From Octopus sinensis (lineage: Eukaryota), in contig NC_042999.1 of the NCBI RefSeq assembly GCF_006345805.1, forward strand, positions 41,664,001-41,728,000: a DNA stretch of 64,000 nucleotides, in the 5' to 3' direction. Positions within the stretch are counted from its first letter, which is position 1; each line of letters starts with the position of its first letter. Below the pieces are notes generated by a model. That model saw nothing but the letters and a program-made list of their open reading frames with translations. It had not been told where the DNA came from and searched no databases. Made by a program: the position numbers and the translations under genes. This document shows positions 47,230-59,568 of this stretch, in pieces.

Positions 47230-48840
47230 GACTTTTTATTAAACCCAAAGATATATGCATGCAAATAAAAGATTTGAGGTGGAATTAACAAGTAGAAAAA
47301 TCATTATCATGAGCCAATATAAAAAGTCATACCTGTTTCGCCATCACTGTTCACTAACTTTAATTCAGCACCGATTTCCAAACGGTGTTGGGTCTAATAG
47401 CACTTGAGTAAAAAGACTGCATTGCAAAGCAGGTAAGCGGCTCTGAAAGTGATGATTAATAGAGTATAAATGGTATATGGGATGTATGAGGATTAGTGGG
47501 AGTATTGGTATTAATAAGGTTAGTAGTGTCCTGTATTGAGTTCTTTGTTCATGATAAGTTGTGGTTGATATTTGTTACTGAAAGTTGCCTCCTTCTTTAG
47601 CTTTTGCTGCACTGAGGTGTTCCGGAAACATTGATGAAAAGGGGAGATTAGGAAGTTTGGTTTAAGGTTCCTAGCACGTCTATCTATGTGCTCTCTGATC
47701 TGTATGTGTCTATATTGTCGGAAGCAGATTTGGTGTTTGTGAAGCGTTGTTCTTCGTTTGAGGGACATTCGTTTTTAACCTATATAGTGGTTTCCGCAAC
47801 CTAAGCCGGCATTAACATAGATTAGGTTTTCAGAGGCGCAAATGTAATTTCAATTTATCTTAAACATTTCATCTTGTTTGAAGTGAAATTCTGTACTCTC
47901 CAAAAAGTGGCGGCTTGTTTCACACTTAGGTTGCCCACATTTTTTATAATAATTTCGCTTGCAGTTTGCTCTTGATAAGTTTCTGCAAGTCAAAAATTTC
48001 ATTCATTGTGTTATTCCCAGTGAGAATGGGTAGATTTTGTATGATGATGTTGAACGTCTTATTGATTCTTGGGTTATGTGTGGAAATGTATAGGAGTACA
48101 TTTAAATTTGGGGTAGCATTTCATCTAATTTCCCTTAATGTTTGTATGTCTCATTCCTTTTTTCGTTTAATCTAATAATCTATTAATGCTGTTGGGTAAT
48201 GTTTCCTGATTGGTGTTGATTTAAGTTCACGGAGAATTAGCTCACGGGTATTGGTATCCGTCTGTGGTGCAAATTCTTTTCGCTAGATTATAAGGTACAT
48301 TAATTTTTATATGTTTGGGGTTACATGAGTTGAATAATAGGTATTGATTTGAATCTGTGGGCTTATACAAGATGTCCGTTTCGATGTGGTTATTAACTAT
48401 TTTATTTAGGATGTCAAGAAAACGAAGTTGTTTATTGCTGCGTTCCATGGTGAATTGTATGTTGCTATTGATATTGTTGAGCATAATTTTGAAATCAAGG
48501 AATATGTCCAAGCTAACGTTCCAAAGCATAAAGCAATCTTCTAAGTACCTTTTCCAGCTCTCCATTAAATAGCAATGGAATGAGGTACCATATTTTTGTT
48601 GTGATAATTGCTATATTTTAAGTTATAGATAACGCATAACAAGGTTCACAATCACTGGTGCAGCTCGAGTTCCCATTGCAATTTCACATTTTTGTCGATA
48701 ATAAACTATATCGAACATGAAGCAGTTGTGCTGGAGGATAAATTTCATTCTTGTGATTATGAAGTTGTGTGTGATGCGACCTAGGATCTCTTCTGGGTAT
48801 TTTGCTAGCCAGAAACATGATTGTGTTATACCATAATCAT
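47230..48840 (-). mobile_element. Decayed 5'-truncated Penelope-like element (RT C-terminus, Cys linker, GIY-YIG; Neptune-like)
   Basis: IAMGTRAAP, WKRYLEDCF, FTMERS..LRFLDI, TDILYKPTDSNQYL, CGQPKC, and SENLIYVNA..GCGNHYIG..RRTTLHKHQI. Confidence 0.85.
47323..47361 (-). ncRNA. Minimal hammerhead-like motif with a G3:C8 core
   Basis: AAAGTTA-GTGAACA-GTGATGGC-GAAAC-AG-GTA-TGACTTT; stem I pairs 7/7 with one G-U. Confidence 0.55.
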
Positions 48841-48879
48841 GAGGGAAATTGGTTATTTATCCATATTAGTGCAAGTTGT

Positions 48880-49930
48880 ACTAATATGTGGATACCGACA
48901 TTCGTGAGCTTAAATCAACACTAATCAAGAAACATTACCCAACAGCATTAATAGAAGATGGGATTAAACGAAAAAAGGTATGAGACATACAAACATTAAG
49001 GGAAATTAACCGAAATACTACCCCAAATTTAAAAGCACTCCCATACATTTCCACACATAACACAAGAAACAATGAGATATTCAACATCATCAAATCTACC
49101 CATTCTCACTGGAGATATGAACAATGAATGAAATTTTCGGCGCACACTCAATTATCAAAAGCAAAATGCAACCGAAATGATTGAAAAAAATATTAAGCGT
49201 CGCAAGACTATATCCCTTAACAACGGAACCAAAAGGGGAAAAATGCAGTCGGTCTGTGTCACAGGGTTAAATATTTAACAGGCAAGGTGAAATATTTAAG
49301 ATAAATTCAAATTTCACTTGCGTCTCTGAAAACCTAATCTATGTTAAAACCTGCTTAGGTTGCGGAAACCACTATACAGGTCAAATGCGAATGTTTCTCA
49401 CACGAAGAACAACGCTTCACCAAAAAAAAAACAAATGTGCTTCCTATATAGATAGATACAGGTCAGTGAGCACATAGATAGATGTGTTAGGAACCTTAAA
49501 CCAAACTTCGTTATTTCCCCTTTTTATCAATGTTCCCAGAACATCTCAGTGCAGCAAAGTCTAAATAAAAAGGCAACTTTCATTAATGAATATCAACCAA
49601 ATTTAACATGAACACAGAACTCAATACAAGACACTACTAACCGTATTAATATCAATACTCCCACTAACTCTCATACATCCCATATACCATTCATACTCGA
49701 TGAATCATGTTAACCTAATTGCATCACTTTCTGAACTGCTTACCACCTTTGCATGCATTCTTTTAACTCAGGTACCGTTACACCTAACACCGCTTGGAAA
49801 TCGGTCTTGATTCAAAGTCAGTGAACAGCGATAAGGAAACCGGTATGACTTTTTATACTAACTCATAATAATGATTTTATACTTCTTAATTCCACCTCAA
49901 ATCATTTATTTGTATGTATGAGTTTATAAA
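48880..49930 (+). mobile_element. Second, inverted partial copy of the same Penelope-like element (GIY-YIG plus tail)
   Basis: Reverse-complement similar to 47230-48260 throughout (roughly 80-85% by eye). Confidence 0.85.
49814..49852 (+). ncRNA. Minimal hammerhead-like motif with a G3:C8 core
   Basis: AAAGTCA-GTGAACA-GCGATAAG-GAAAC-CG-GTA-TGACTTT; perfect 7-bp stem I, palindromic ACCGGT stem III and GUA triplet. Confidence 0.55.
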
Positions 49931-51069
49931 AACAAGCCATTACTTCTATGCCGAGAGTTCATTTACTTTGTTTCTTTTTACTGTCTCCCCTCCCATATAA
50001 ATGTATATATATATATCCGTGCATGTGTGTGTGTGTGTCTATGTGACTATGTGTTTGTGTTAGTGCGCGCACGCGTGTCTATGAAGGGTTGCTAAAAAGA
50101 ACCTTGCTTTAAGGGTGTCGTGAAAGGCCTCCCTGGTGGCCCTACCTTCTTATAGGGCTAAGAAAAACTGAAAAACTGAAGGAATTCTGCAATAATTGTA
50201 TGAATCTGAGAGGAGAATATGTTGCATAAAATCATAATTAATTGATAAACATTATCAGTTTCTCTGTTTCAATATATGTGTGCTATTAAATCTCTAAAGT
50301 TGCAGTATTTTGTCTAAGCATGTATACTTCTAAAGAAGCAGAGTATACCTCAGTTGGAAGGGGTCACAAAAACATTGACTGGTCACATATTTTGAATGCA
50401 TCTTTTTAAATATGTATATGTAGATGCATACATAAAATTTTATTTCCAAGATTATAACAAAGAATTATTTTATATGCGACTTCGCTAATAAATAGAAAAA
50501 TGTTGAAAAGAAACAGTGCTTTTAATTAACAGAATTCAATCATTAAGCATTCATAATTGGATTGAATATTAATAAATAATATTAATAAATATTAATAAAT
50601 AATATTAATATTAATATTAATATTAATAAATATTAATAAATAATATCAATGAATAAATATTAAGTATTTATGGAATTCTGATTTACTGTCGGGTGACTTT
50701 TGGCCAACCCTGTATATTCGTGATATCCCTTTTGTCGGTAACATAGACAGTGCATATCACATGTGATGGTGAGGCATCTGTAAAATAATTCTAAAATATT
50801 TGTACAGTAGTTTCACCTTGTATATTAGTGATAAACAAAATGAAAGTACACATGGATTTTGTTTCCAATATATAAATTAAATTCAAACGGAATCATATTC
50901 GTAAGTTTTGGTAACCTGATGTTTTAGTAGGTATCTTCCTTGTTTGCTGCTTTGAATGTTGAACACTCCAAAAGGAAGTTCCTTTCTCTTAATTGCAATA
51001 ATGGACGCAGTTCATTCAACTATCATCCCCATTCTCAATATTAAACATGGAAAACTCAAGTACACATAT

Positions 51070-51288
51070 ATTTCTTTACTACCCACAAGGGGCTAAACAC
51101 AGAGGGGACAAACAAGGACAGACAAACGGATTAAGTCGATTATATCTACCCTAGTGCGTAACTGGTACTTAATTTATCGACCCCGAAAGGATGACAGACA
51201 AAGTCGACCTCGGCGTAATTTGAACTCAGAACGTAACGGCAGACGAAATACGGCTACGCATTTCGCTAACGTTTCTGCCAGCTCGTAC
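51070..51288 (-). mobile_element. SINE-a copy
   Basis: Tail AGAGGGGACAAACAAGGACAGACAAA is identical to the element A 3'UTR (26 nt). Confidence 0.88.
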
Positions 51289-51749
51289 ACACAAATAAAT
51301 AAAAACTTGCACGTGTGTGTGTGTGTGTGTGTTTGTGTGTGTCTGTGTGTGTATTTGCGAGTGAAGGCTTCGTGGTCGAGGTATTCAATTCGCGATCGAA
51401 AGATCGTAAGATCGATTCTCGGGTAGCGCGTTGTATCCTTAAGCAAAACGCTATATTTCACGTTGCTCCACTTCACTCGCTCAAGTAATTTTCTACTATC
51501 AACACTGTGACGTCATCAAAATTCTTGTTGGATTCACTTATTCTAAATACCATCTCACGCTATTAACTTATTTGATGTCCCTGATCCTGTAAAGAACAGT
51601 TTTTTGCAGATTGGAAATCCATTGTGTCAACAACCAGCTAACATAATTCTAAATTGATCAACAAACTAGCTAACATAATTCTAAATTGTTGTCGTTGACG
51701 ATTTATGGTATGCCAACACTTGCTGAAGATGAATGTGCTCAAAGACATC

Positions 51750-52065
51750 CGCAACTGGTACTTAATTTATCGAACCCGAAAGGATGAAATGCAAAGTGCA
51801 CCTCGGCGGAATTTGAACTCAAAACCTAAAGACAGATGAAATACCTATTTCTTTATTACCCACAAGGGGCTAAACATAGAGGGGACAAACATGGACAGAC
51901 AGATTATATCGACCCCAGTGCTTAACTGGTACTTAATTTATCGACCCCGAAAGGATGAAAGGCAAAGTCGACCTCGGCGGAATTTGAACTCACAACGTAA
52001 CGGCAGCCGAAATACCGCTAAGCATTTCGCCCGACGTGCTAACGATGCTGCCAGGTCGCCGCCTT
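51750..52065 (-). mobile_element. SINE-a inserted into another SINE-a
   Basis: GAAATACC at 51838-51845 and 52009-52016 flanks an inner copy 51846-52008. Confidence 0.75.
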
Positions 52066-52084
52066 TGCTCAATAATATATTATA

Positions 52085-52335
52085 TATTCAAAAATGCCCT
52101 TCGTTTTGTAACTTTTGAGTGAACTTTGAGATGAATTTTGTTGCTATCTCTAGCAAATTTTGCGGACTCGTAGCGAATACCTCGTATTGAATCATATTCG
52201 TCAATAAACTGGCGATATGTTTATATATTTCGTACTGTCTTACAAGCATTGTTATAAAAGAATTCTTTTATAACATACCAGAACCAGAATTTCCGTGCAT
52301 GTATGCAAATATGTATGTACATATATGAATATATA
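52085..52335 (+). repeat. About 250-bp direct repeat, copy 1 (copy 2 at about 55262-55515), containing a perfect palindrome
   Basis: Colinear by eye; palindrome 52250-52275. Confidence 0.8.
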
Positions 52336-52388
52336 AACTGTTATATACATATGATATTTTATATATATATATATGCCTATATAAAACC

Positions 52389-52468
<80 letters not shown>

Positions 52469-53228
52469 TAATATACACCTAAGAAAATGTACGTGTGTTG
52501 TTGTAGAGTGAGTATGCATATTTTTATTGTTAGATCTGTATATAATCTGAACCCTGAGAAATGTAATATATTTACCTGAACCATCACAGATTTTCCATGA
52601 GTGGAAACATCCCATGCTTTTACCGTTTTCGTGTTTCACACCATTAATTGTTTTTCATCTTGTCAGCCATAAAGCCACATGGAATTTAGCTTTCTGCAGG
52701 AATGTAATAGTAACAAGTAGTTGCACAGGAAGGCGAACTGTCGAAAGAGAGAACAAAAGAATAAAACGGTAAGAAAAATTGCTATCCATATTGTTATGTT
52801 TATGATATAAGACCATCAGCTTATATCAATATTATGCTTTCTGTTCACATGTAAGTAGATGTTTTAATGGATTTGCATTTTTCAGCATCATGTCTTTTAG
52901 CCATTTTGGTACGAAGTGATTTTAATACACACCCACTGCAGAAAAGATATTACTTCAGACCAATGAAATCTGCTGCTATAAAACTGAACTTTATAATTTA
53001 TTGTTTATCTGTTTGTAGTTTTCTAAATTTGTGCTGTGTCCAAATAATATTTGCGAACCAGTTGCACAGTGCTGAATGTTATGAATTATAGCAAATAGCA
53101 CAAACGATATTTTACTAGCTGTTATACTCGTTGAGGACGAGTAATAATCGGAGTATTTTTTGATCCGAATTTTTCAATCGCCTGGCATAGAAGTGAGGTC
53201 AACACTCATTTTGAATAAATTTTACACA

Positions 53229-53259
53229 AAGTTGGTTTAATGAAAAGACATTACATGAC

Positions 53260-53310
<51 letters not shown>

Positions 53311-53539
53311 TGTTGTTGTTATTGTTGTTGCTAAGCAACAAGACGGGTAAGAGTGATTAGGTGATGCGCTAGGGCTTAGGGGCAGGAGACCCCAGACCCT
53401 GGGGAAAAAAGCAACTTTGGTCGTCTTGTTGTAGTCGAGGGCTCTTCGTTGACGCCCGACACCACTGGGAGGTGGCCCTCGAAGTTGGTTTAATGAAAAG
53501 ACATTACATGGCGGTAATAGTAGTAGTAGTAGCAGTAGC

Positions 53540-53578
<39 letters not shown>

Positions 53579-53808
53579 TGTTGTTGTTATAGTTGTTGCT
53601 AAGCAACAAGACGGGTAAGGGTGATTAGGTGATGGTCTAGGGCTTAGGGGCAGGAGACCCCAGACCTTGGGAAAAAAAGCAACTTTGGTCGTCTTGTTGT
53701 AGTCGAGGGCTCTTCGTTGACGCCCGACACCACTGAGAGGTCAACACTCATTTTGAATAAATTTTACACAAAGTTGGTTTAATGAAAAGACATTACATGA
53801 CAGTAATA

Positions 53809-53847
<39 letters not shown>

Positions 53848-54038
53848 TAGTAGTAGTTGTTGTTGTTGTTTTTATTGTTGTTGCTAAGAAACAAGACGGG
53901 TAAGGGTGATTAGGTGATGGTCCAGGGCTTAGGGGCAGGAGACCCCAGACCTTGGGAGAAAAAGCAACTTTGGTCGTCTTGTTGTAGTCGAGGGCTCTTC
54001 GTTGACACCCGACACCACTGAGAGGTGGCCCTCGAAGT
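53229..54038. repeat. Triplicated ~250-290 bp unit containing (TAG)n(TTG)n and a GC-richer segment
   Basis: AAGTTGGTTTAATGAAAAGAC at 53229, 53482 and 53771. Confidence 0.9.
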
Positions 54039-55172
54039 CGCTGGAAATGGAGATCTCCAGGTTTAAATTCTTGAACAGCTGCTGTTGCTTCTGGAGATTA
54101 GCCCCCAAATGACCTGTGATAAAATTCAATCCAGCCATGATTATTTGCTGTAAGTGCCAGACCTTGTGTTCAGTGGACTATATTATGTCCACATTTTTTT
54201 ATTACGATTGGACGTGAGTTGGAGTGGTTATTTCCTGCGCGTACAACGAAATAGAAGTTTCCTCGATTGTTCTTAGAAGCGAAAGTTTTCTAAAATGCAG
54301 AAGGCCATTATATACCATAATCGCATAAAATTCCTCTATATGCAGAACAGAAATTGAAGAACATGAACCTTTGACGTCTGCAATAGACATGTAAGGACAA
54401 TGTGGTGGAAATTTGAAGATGTTTAGTAAAATATGAATTATAATTGCTATAAAATCGAGACATAGCCATATGCCAAACATGGTAATAAGCCAGAGATTAA
54501 AAATATTAAAACTTGTTATATTTATCCTTATTATTGTCTTACTACGAGAGTATAACCCGCCATATAACGGGTGATGATGGCTTTTACAGAAATAAATGCA
54601 TATTTGCAACAGTCGTTATCTTGCGTATATTAAAATTCTACGTTGCTGGCGTTTATACAAAATAGCGGGATGAAGACTAATTTTTAAAGTATAAATTATT
54701 TATTAGATTAAAATGAGGTGAAACGAATTCCTCATTTGTAAATTTGCAATAAATATGCGTAATGAATAATAATTATATTGCTTGACTATCATGTAAATAG
54801 TGAACCATACAGACTAATTCCATATAAGGTAGCATAACATTTTTAGAGTGACAACGCACCCAACAATTGAATATCATTTCCAGTAATAACGGATATTTAA
54901 TACATTCTCATTCTCTATCTTACTCCCTCTTTTACACTCTCTGTCCTTCTTCTTCTCTCTCTCTCTATCTCTCTGATAATGACATAACAAATAGAATTAC
55001 GCGCATGATCTACTACTTTGAACTGTGAACACACACATACATACCGCATTAAACTCCTCATTCATACTGTATGTATGTATACATATATATGTATATATAT
55101 GTGTGTGTGTGTGTGTGTGTGAGTGTATATATATATATGTATACATATATACATATATATGTGTGTTTATAT

Positions 55173-55226
<54 letters not shown>

Positions 55227-55261
55227 GTATGTATGTACGTACGTATATGTGTATATATGTA

Positions 55262-55515
55262 TTCAAACATGCCCTTCGTCTTTTTAACTTTTGGGTGGAC
55301 TTTGAGATGAATATTTTTGCTATCTATAGCGAATTGTATAGACACGTAGCGAATACCTCGTATTGGATCATATTCTTCAATAAACTGGAGATATATTTAA
55401 ATATTTCGTACTGTCTTACATGCATTTGTTATAAAAGAATTCTTTTATAACAAACCAGAACCAGAATTTCCGTGCATGTATGCAAATATATATGTACATA
55501 TATGAATATATAAAC
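55262..55515 (+). repeat. About 250-bp direct repeat, copy 2
   Basis: 30-bp perfect palindrome at 55425-55454. Confidence 0.8.
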
Positions 55516-55549
55516 TTTTATATTTAAATATATATATAACTTTTATATT

Positions 55550-55601
<52 letters not shown>

Positions 55602-55822
55602 TTTATATTAAATATATATGTACATATATGAATATATAAACTTTTATATTTAAAAATATATATATGACCATGGGAGACTTTTGCCATGATGTAACCTAAG
55701 ACAGCATCAATAAAGTGCTGCCTAAAACAGCGGTCGTCAATTTTGAACCCCACTTGTGTTCCTCTTTTACATGCACACACACATACGTACAACTCATACA
55801 CGCACACACACGTACAACTCAT

Positions 55823-55885
<63 letters not shown>

Positions 55886-56484
55886 ACACAAACACAGATA
55901 TATTTATATGGACTTAAAGATGGATTGCAATTTAGCACGTAATTTAGTTATTACAGTTTACTATTAATACTGATACAATGTATATTGATTTAAATGTCTC
56001 TGGTTGTTTTTTTTAGTAAGGTTAGGGTTTAATCTTACCTATATATTGATTGATTGAAACAACGTGGTTATTAAGCTTTACTACTATATCACACTGCAGA
56101 AGAAGGTAGGGATTATAATTTTTTATGACTTAATAGAGTTGTCACTGTTTAGTTACGTATTTAGGAGGGGTTGTAATTTACTTATGGGAATTTATTTATC
56201 GATACGGTTGAACATTGGGTAAACGTGTTTGAAAGTTGTGGTTTCTCTGCTTTGTTCCCAAACAACACTTATTTTAGTGCTGTCAACAACGCTAGATTGA
56301 ATGGTACTGCTCAGGTGTCAAAACCATAATGATATCCATGGGGCGGCTGATGATGGACGTATGTTGGATTGTTGGTATGGCTGTGGAAAAGTATTATAAC
56401 ACATCTTTTGATATATATATATATATATATATAGGCGAAACTTTTGATTAATCTACTACAAGATTATTCATCTTTCTATTTCAC

Positions 56485-56519
<35 letters not shown>

Positions 56520-56523
<4 letters not shown>

Positions 56524-56690
56524 GAGGTACTTCTTTCAGTTTCCATCTACTACATCCACTCACGGGGGTTTGGTCAGCTCGAACGTATAGTAGACGACAC
56601 TTGCACAAGGAGCCACGCAATGGGACTGAACATAGAACCATGTAGATAGGAAGCAAGCGTCTTACCTCAGAGCGACGCCTGCGTCTATAG
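56520..56690 (-). mobile_element. Old SINE-b 5' half
   Basis: Head GCAGGCGTCGCTCTGAGGTAAGACGCTTGCTTCC...GTTCAGTCCC; target site diverged (4 mismatches). Confidence 0.7.
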
Positions 56691-57003
56691 CTCCTTACTA
56701 CACAACCACGATATATATATATTTATTTATTTATTGTCTTCGTCTATCGTTTCAAATTACTGTTGTTTCCTTTCGCACGTACTCCCTGAATTATTATCTT
56801 TCCCGAGCCCTAATGCTACGCAAAACTTGCGGGTACCGCCGATATACGAAGTTCTTAGTCTTATGATTAAGGGCATGAAACTAGGTATTAGCATTTTCGG
56901 TCGATAACTGATGAAAAATTAGGGTCCTGACGTCTGTCCTACGTAAACGTTTAGTAATATTTAATGCATTATTCATTTATATATATATATTTGTGTATGT
57001 ATG

Positions 57004-57075
<72 letters not shown>

Positions 57076-57603
57076 GTACGTGTGTATGTATGTATGTATG
57101 ATGTGTATGTATGTATTTATGTCTGTATATACGTATGTATGTATCTATGTATGTATATGTTTGTGTATGTTTCTTGTGTTTGTTCATCACCACCAATTGA
57201 CAATTGGTCTTGGTATGTTTATGTCCCCGTAACTTAGCTGTTCGGCAAAGAGACCGATAGAATAAGTACTATGCTTAAAATAATAAGTCGTGGGTTCGAT
57301 TTACTCGACTAAATCTTTTTAGGGCAGTGCTCCAACATGGATGCGGTCAAATAACTGAAACAAATAATGTGTATAGATATGGATGTATATGTGTGTGAGA
57401 CCGAGTGCGTGTGTGTTTAAAAAGGGAGTAAGAGAGAGAGAGAGAGAGAGAGAGAAGATGCATACCAACATATGTATGCTTATATACATGCATACATGCA
57501 TACAATATGTCTGTACATGTAACCTTACCTGTATACACACACATATATATATAGATATACATATATATATATAATATATATATATATATATTATATATAT
57601 ATA

Positions 57604-57644
<41 letters not shown>

Positions 57645-57699
57645 TTATTGGTGAATTGAAGAAATGTAGCTGAACGAAGATTGCACAGAAATCGTTTTA

Positions 57700-57788
57700 T
57701 TTCATTCTACACGTGTTTCGAAAGGCACAATTTACCAAAATCCGATTGAATAATGAGACTATATTGTGTCTTTCTCTTCAGGAAGAAA
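57700..57788 (-). ncRNA. Type-I hammerhead ribozyme, left pLTR
   Basis: Reverse-complement copy of 58894-58982 with the core intact. Confidence 0.75.
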
Positions 57789-58893
57789 TAGGAAATCCGT
57801 TGGAAAAAACAAAAACAGAACAGAGGCGGAGCAAAACAAATCGAACTAGGCTCCTAAGAGCCCATGGCAAAACTGTTTATCAGTGTATGTCGAGAACCGG
57901 TGGTTGAAGATTTTAACGGGTCAGGCAGCGGTCATTCCTGTGGGTAATTATCTTAAAGGCTATTTCAGAATTTGTTACCAAGGGCTATGGGTGCAGGTAT
58001 TATTTATAAACGCTATTTAAAAGCCAGATAAGTGTAACGCCGCCAATGGGGGCATCGAAAAGCCGACTGTAAAAGTCCGTTTACCATCCGGCCTCTAGCG
58101 AACAAAATATGGAAGAGTTCGGAGACACAAAGGTTGCACTTCCTTCTGCCCCTATCAATGGGAGGGCCACCGACAAAATTGACCATTCCAGCCTGTAGCT
58201 TGAGTTCGTATCCTTCAATCGCCGATTGGCGGCGTTACACTTATCTGGCTTTTAAATAGCGTTTATAAATAATACCTGCACCCATAGCCCTTGGTAACAA
58301 ATTCTGAAATAGCCTTTAAGATAATTACGATTAACCACTGCAAGGGGAATTACTCCTGTAAGATAAACGGGGCTTTGTCTTTTGTTTTTTGTTTTTTGAC
58401 GACGGGGGGTTTCCTTGACAAGGCAGGTTCAGACGAACACACGCACACATAAAACATAATATATTTTTTTCTGCCACCCAACGGTTCTTACTGCAGTAGT
58501 CATTGTGTAGAGCGGCTTAACCACTGACAGCCGAGCGATCAAACGCACACACGTACACAAAAAATGTTTTCTACCCCTTGACGGAGGTTTTGCCATCCTG
58601 CGCCAGCACACATATATAGAACAGTAAACACACACATGTCTCTAAGTAGATTTTTTCTCGCCCCTTATAAAACATCCAATATTCCTTAAATAGTCAGAAC
58701 TTTATTCTCGGTCACAAAGAACATCTACACACCCTCACCCACAGGAATGACCGCTGCCTGACCCGTTAAAATCTTCAACCACCGGTTCTCGACATACACT
58801 GATAAACAGTTTTGTCATGGGCTCTTAGGAGCCTAGTTCGATTTGTTTTGCTCCGCCTCTGTTCTGTTTTTGTTTTTTCCAACGGATTTCCTA

Positions 58894-58982
58894 TTTCTTC
58901 CTGAAGAGAAAGACACAATATGGTCTCATTATTCAATCGGATTTTGGTAAATTGTGCCTTTCGAAACACGTGTAGAATGAAA
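58894..58982 (+). ncRNA. Type-I hammerhead ribozyme, right pLTR
   Basis: TTTCTTC-CTGAAGA(58901)-GAAAGACACAAT...ATTGTGCCTTTC-GAAAC(58963)-ACGT-GTA(58972)-GAATGAAA: 12-bp stem II, palindromic stem III, GUA site. Confidence 0.78.
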
Positions 58983-59188
58983 CAAAACGATTTCTGTGCA
59001 ATCTTCGTTCAGCTCCATTTCTTCAATTCACCAATAATATTTTAAATTCAATTATCCGCACCAACGCACGGTTGCAACACCATATGGTTGTACCTCCAAC
59101 CGTGCTGTCTTCTGCTGTGATTTTTGCTACCAAGGTATCGGTTAAACTTTTGATTAATCTGCTACAAGATTATTCATCTTTCTATTTC

Positions 59189-59224
<36 letters not shown>

Positions 59225-59518
59225 GGTCCCGGGTTGAGTCGGGCTTCCTGATGATTTCTTTTGAATGAAACAGTTCTAGTCCTGTAGAAGCTCCTTCTAT
59301 AAAATAAATATATATATATATATATACGTACGCATATGTACGTTTTCGTTCATATCATGAAATCATATACAAACCATAATTCTCTACTACAACCATAAAA
59401 TACACAACAACAGACCATAATAGTAAATGATCTCAATATTGTCATCTATCATCACTTCTTTTCATTTTTTGCCACTATATAATTATGTGTATATATGTTT
59501 GTATATATGTATGTGTAT

Positions 59519-59568
<50 letters not shown>

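Larger units (their letters stand above)
57640..59042. mobile_element. Young Penelope-like insertion: ORF C-terminus plus pLTR on minus, followed by an inverted pLTR on plus
   Basis: Arms 57640-58047 and 58225-58327 + 58738-59042 are near-perfect inverted repeats. The 58048-58224 spacer encodes, with one frameshift, RLKDTNSSYRLEWSILSVALP-DRGRRKCNLCVSELFHIL...CPHWRRYTYLAFK* (stop 58013-58015), like PLE GIY-YIG C-termini. Confidence 0.8.

Noticed and set aside
50082-50714. Non-autonomous Tc1/mariner element
   Set aside because: One TIR-like end (CTTTTGGCCAACCCTGTA) is visible, but the partner end is too degenerate to support a call.
58328-58737. The 410-bp segment unique to the right pLTR as a spliced intron
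   Set aside because: The boundaries are not GT-AG in the PLE sense strand. Antisense has GTGAGG at one end, but the nearest AG would leave 9 extra nt not present in the left arm.
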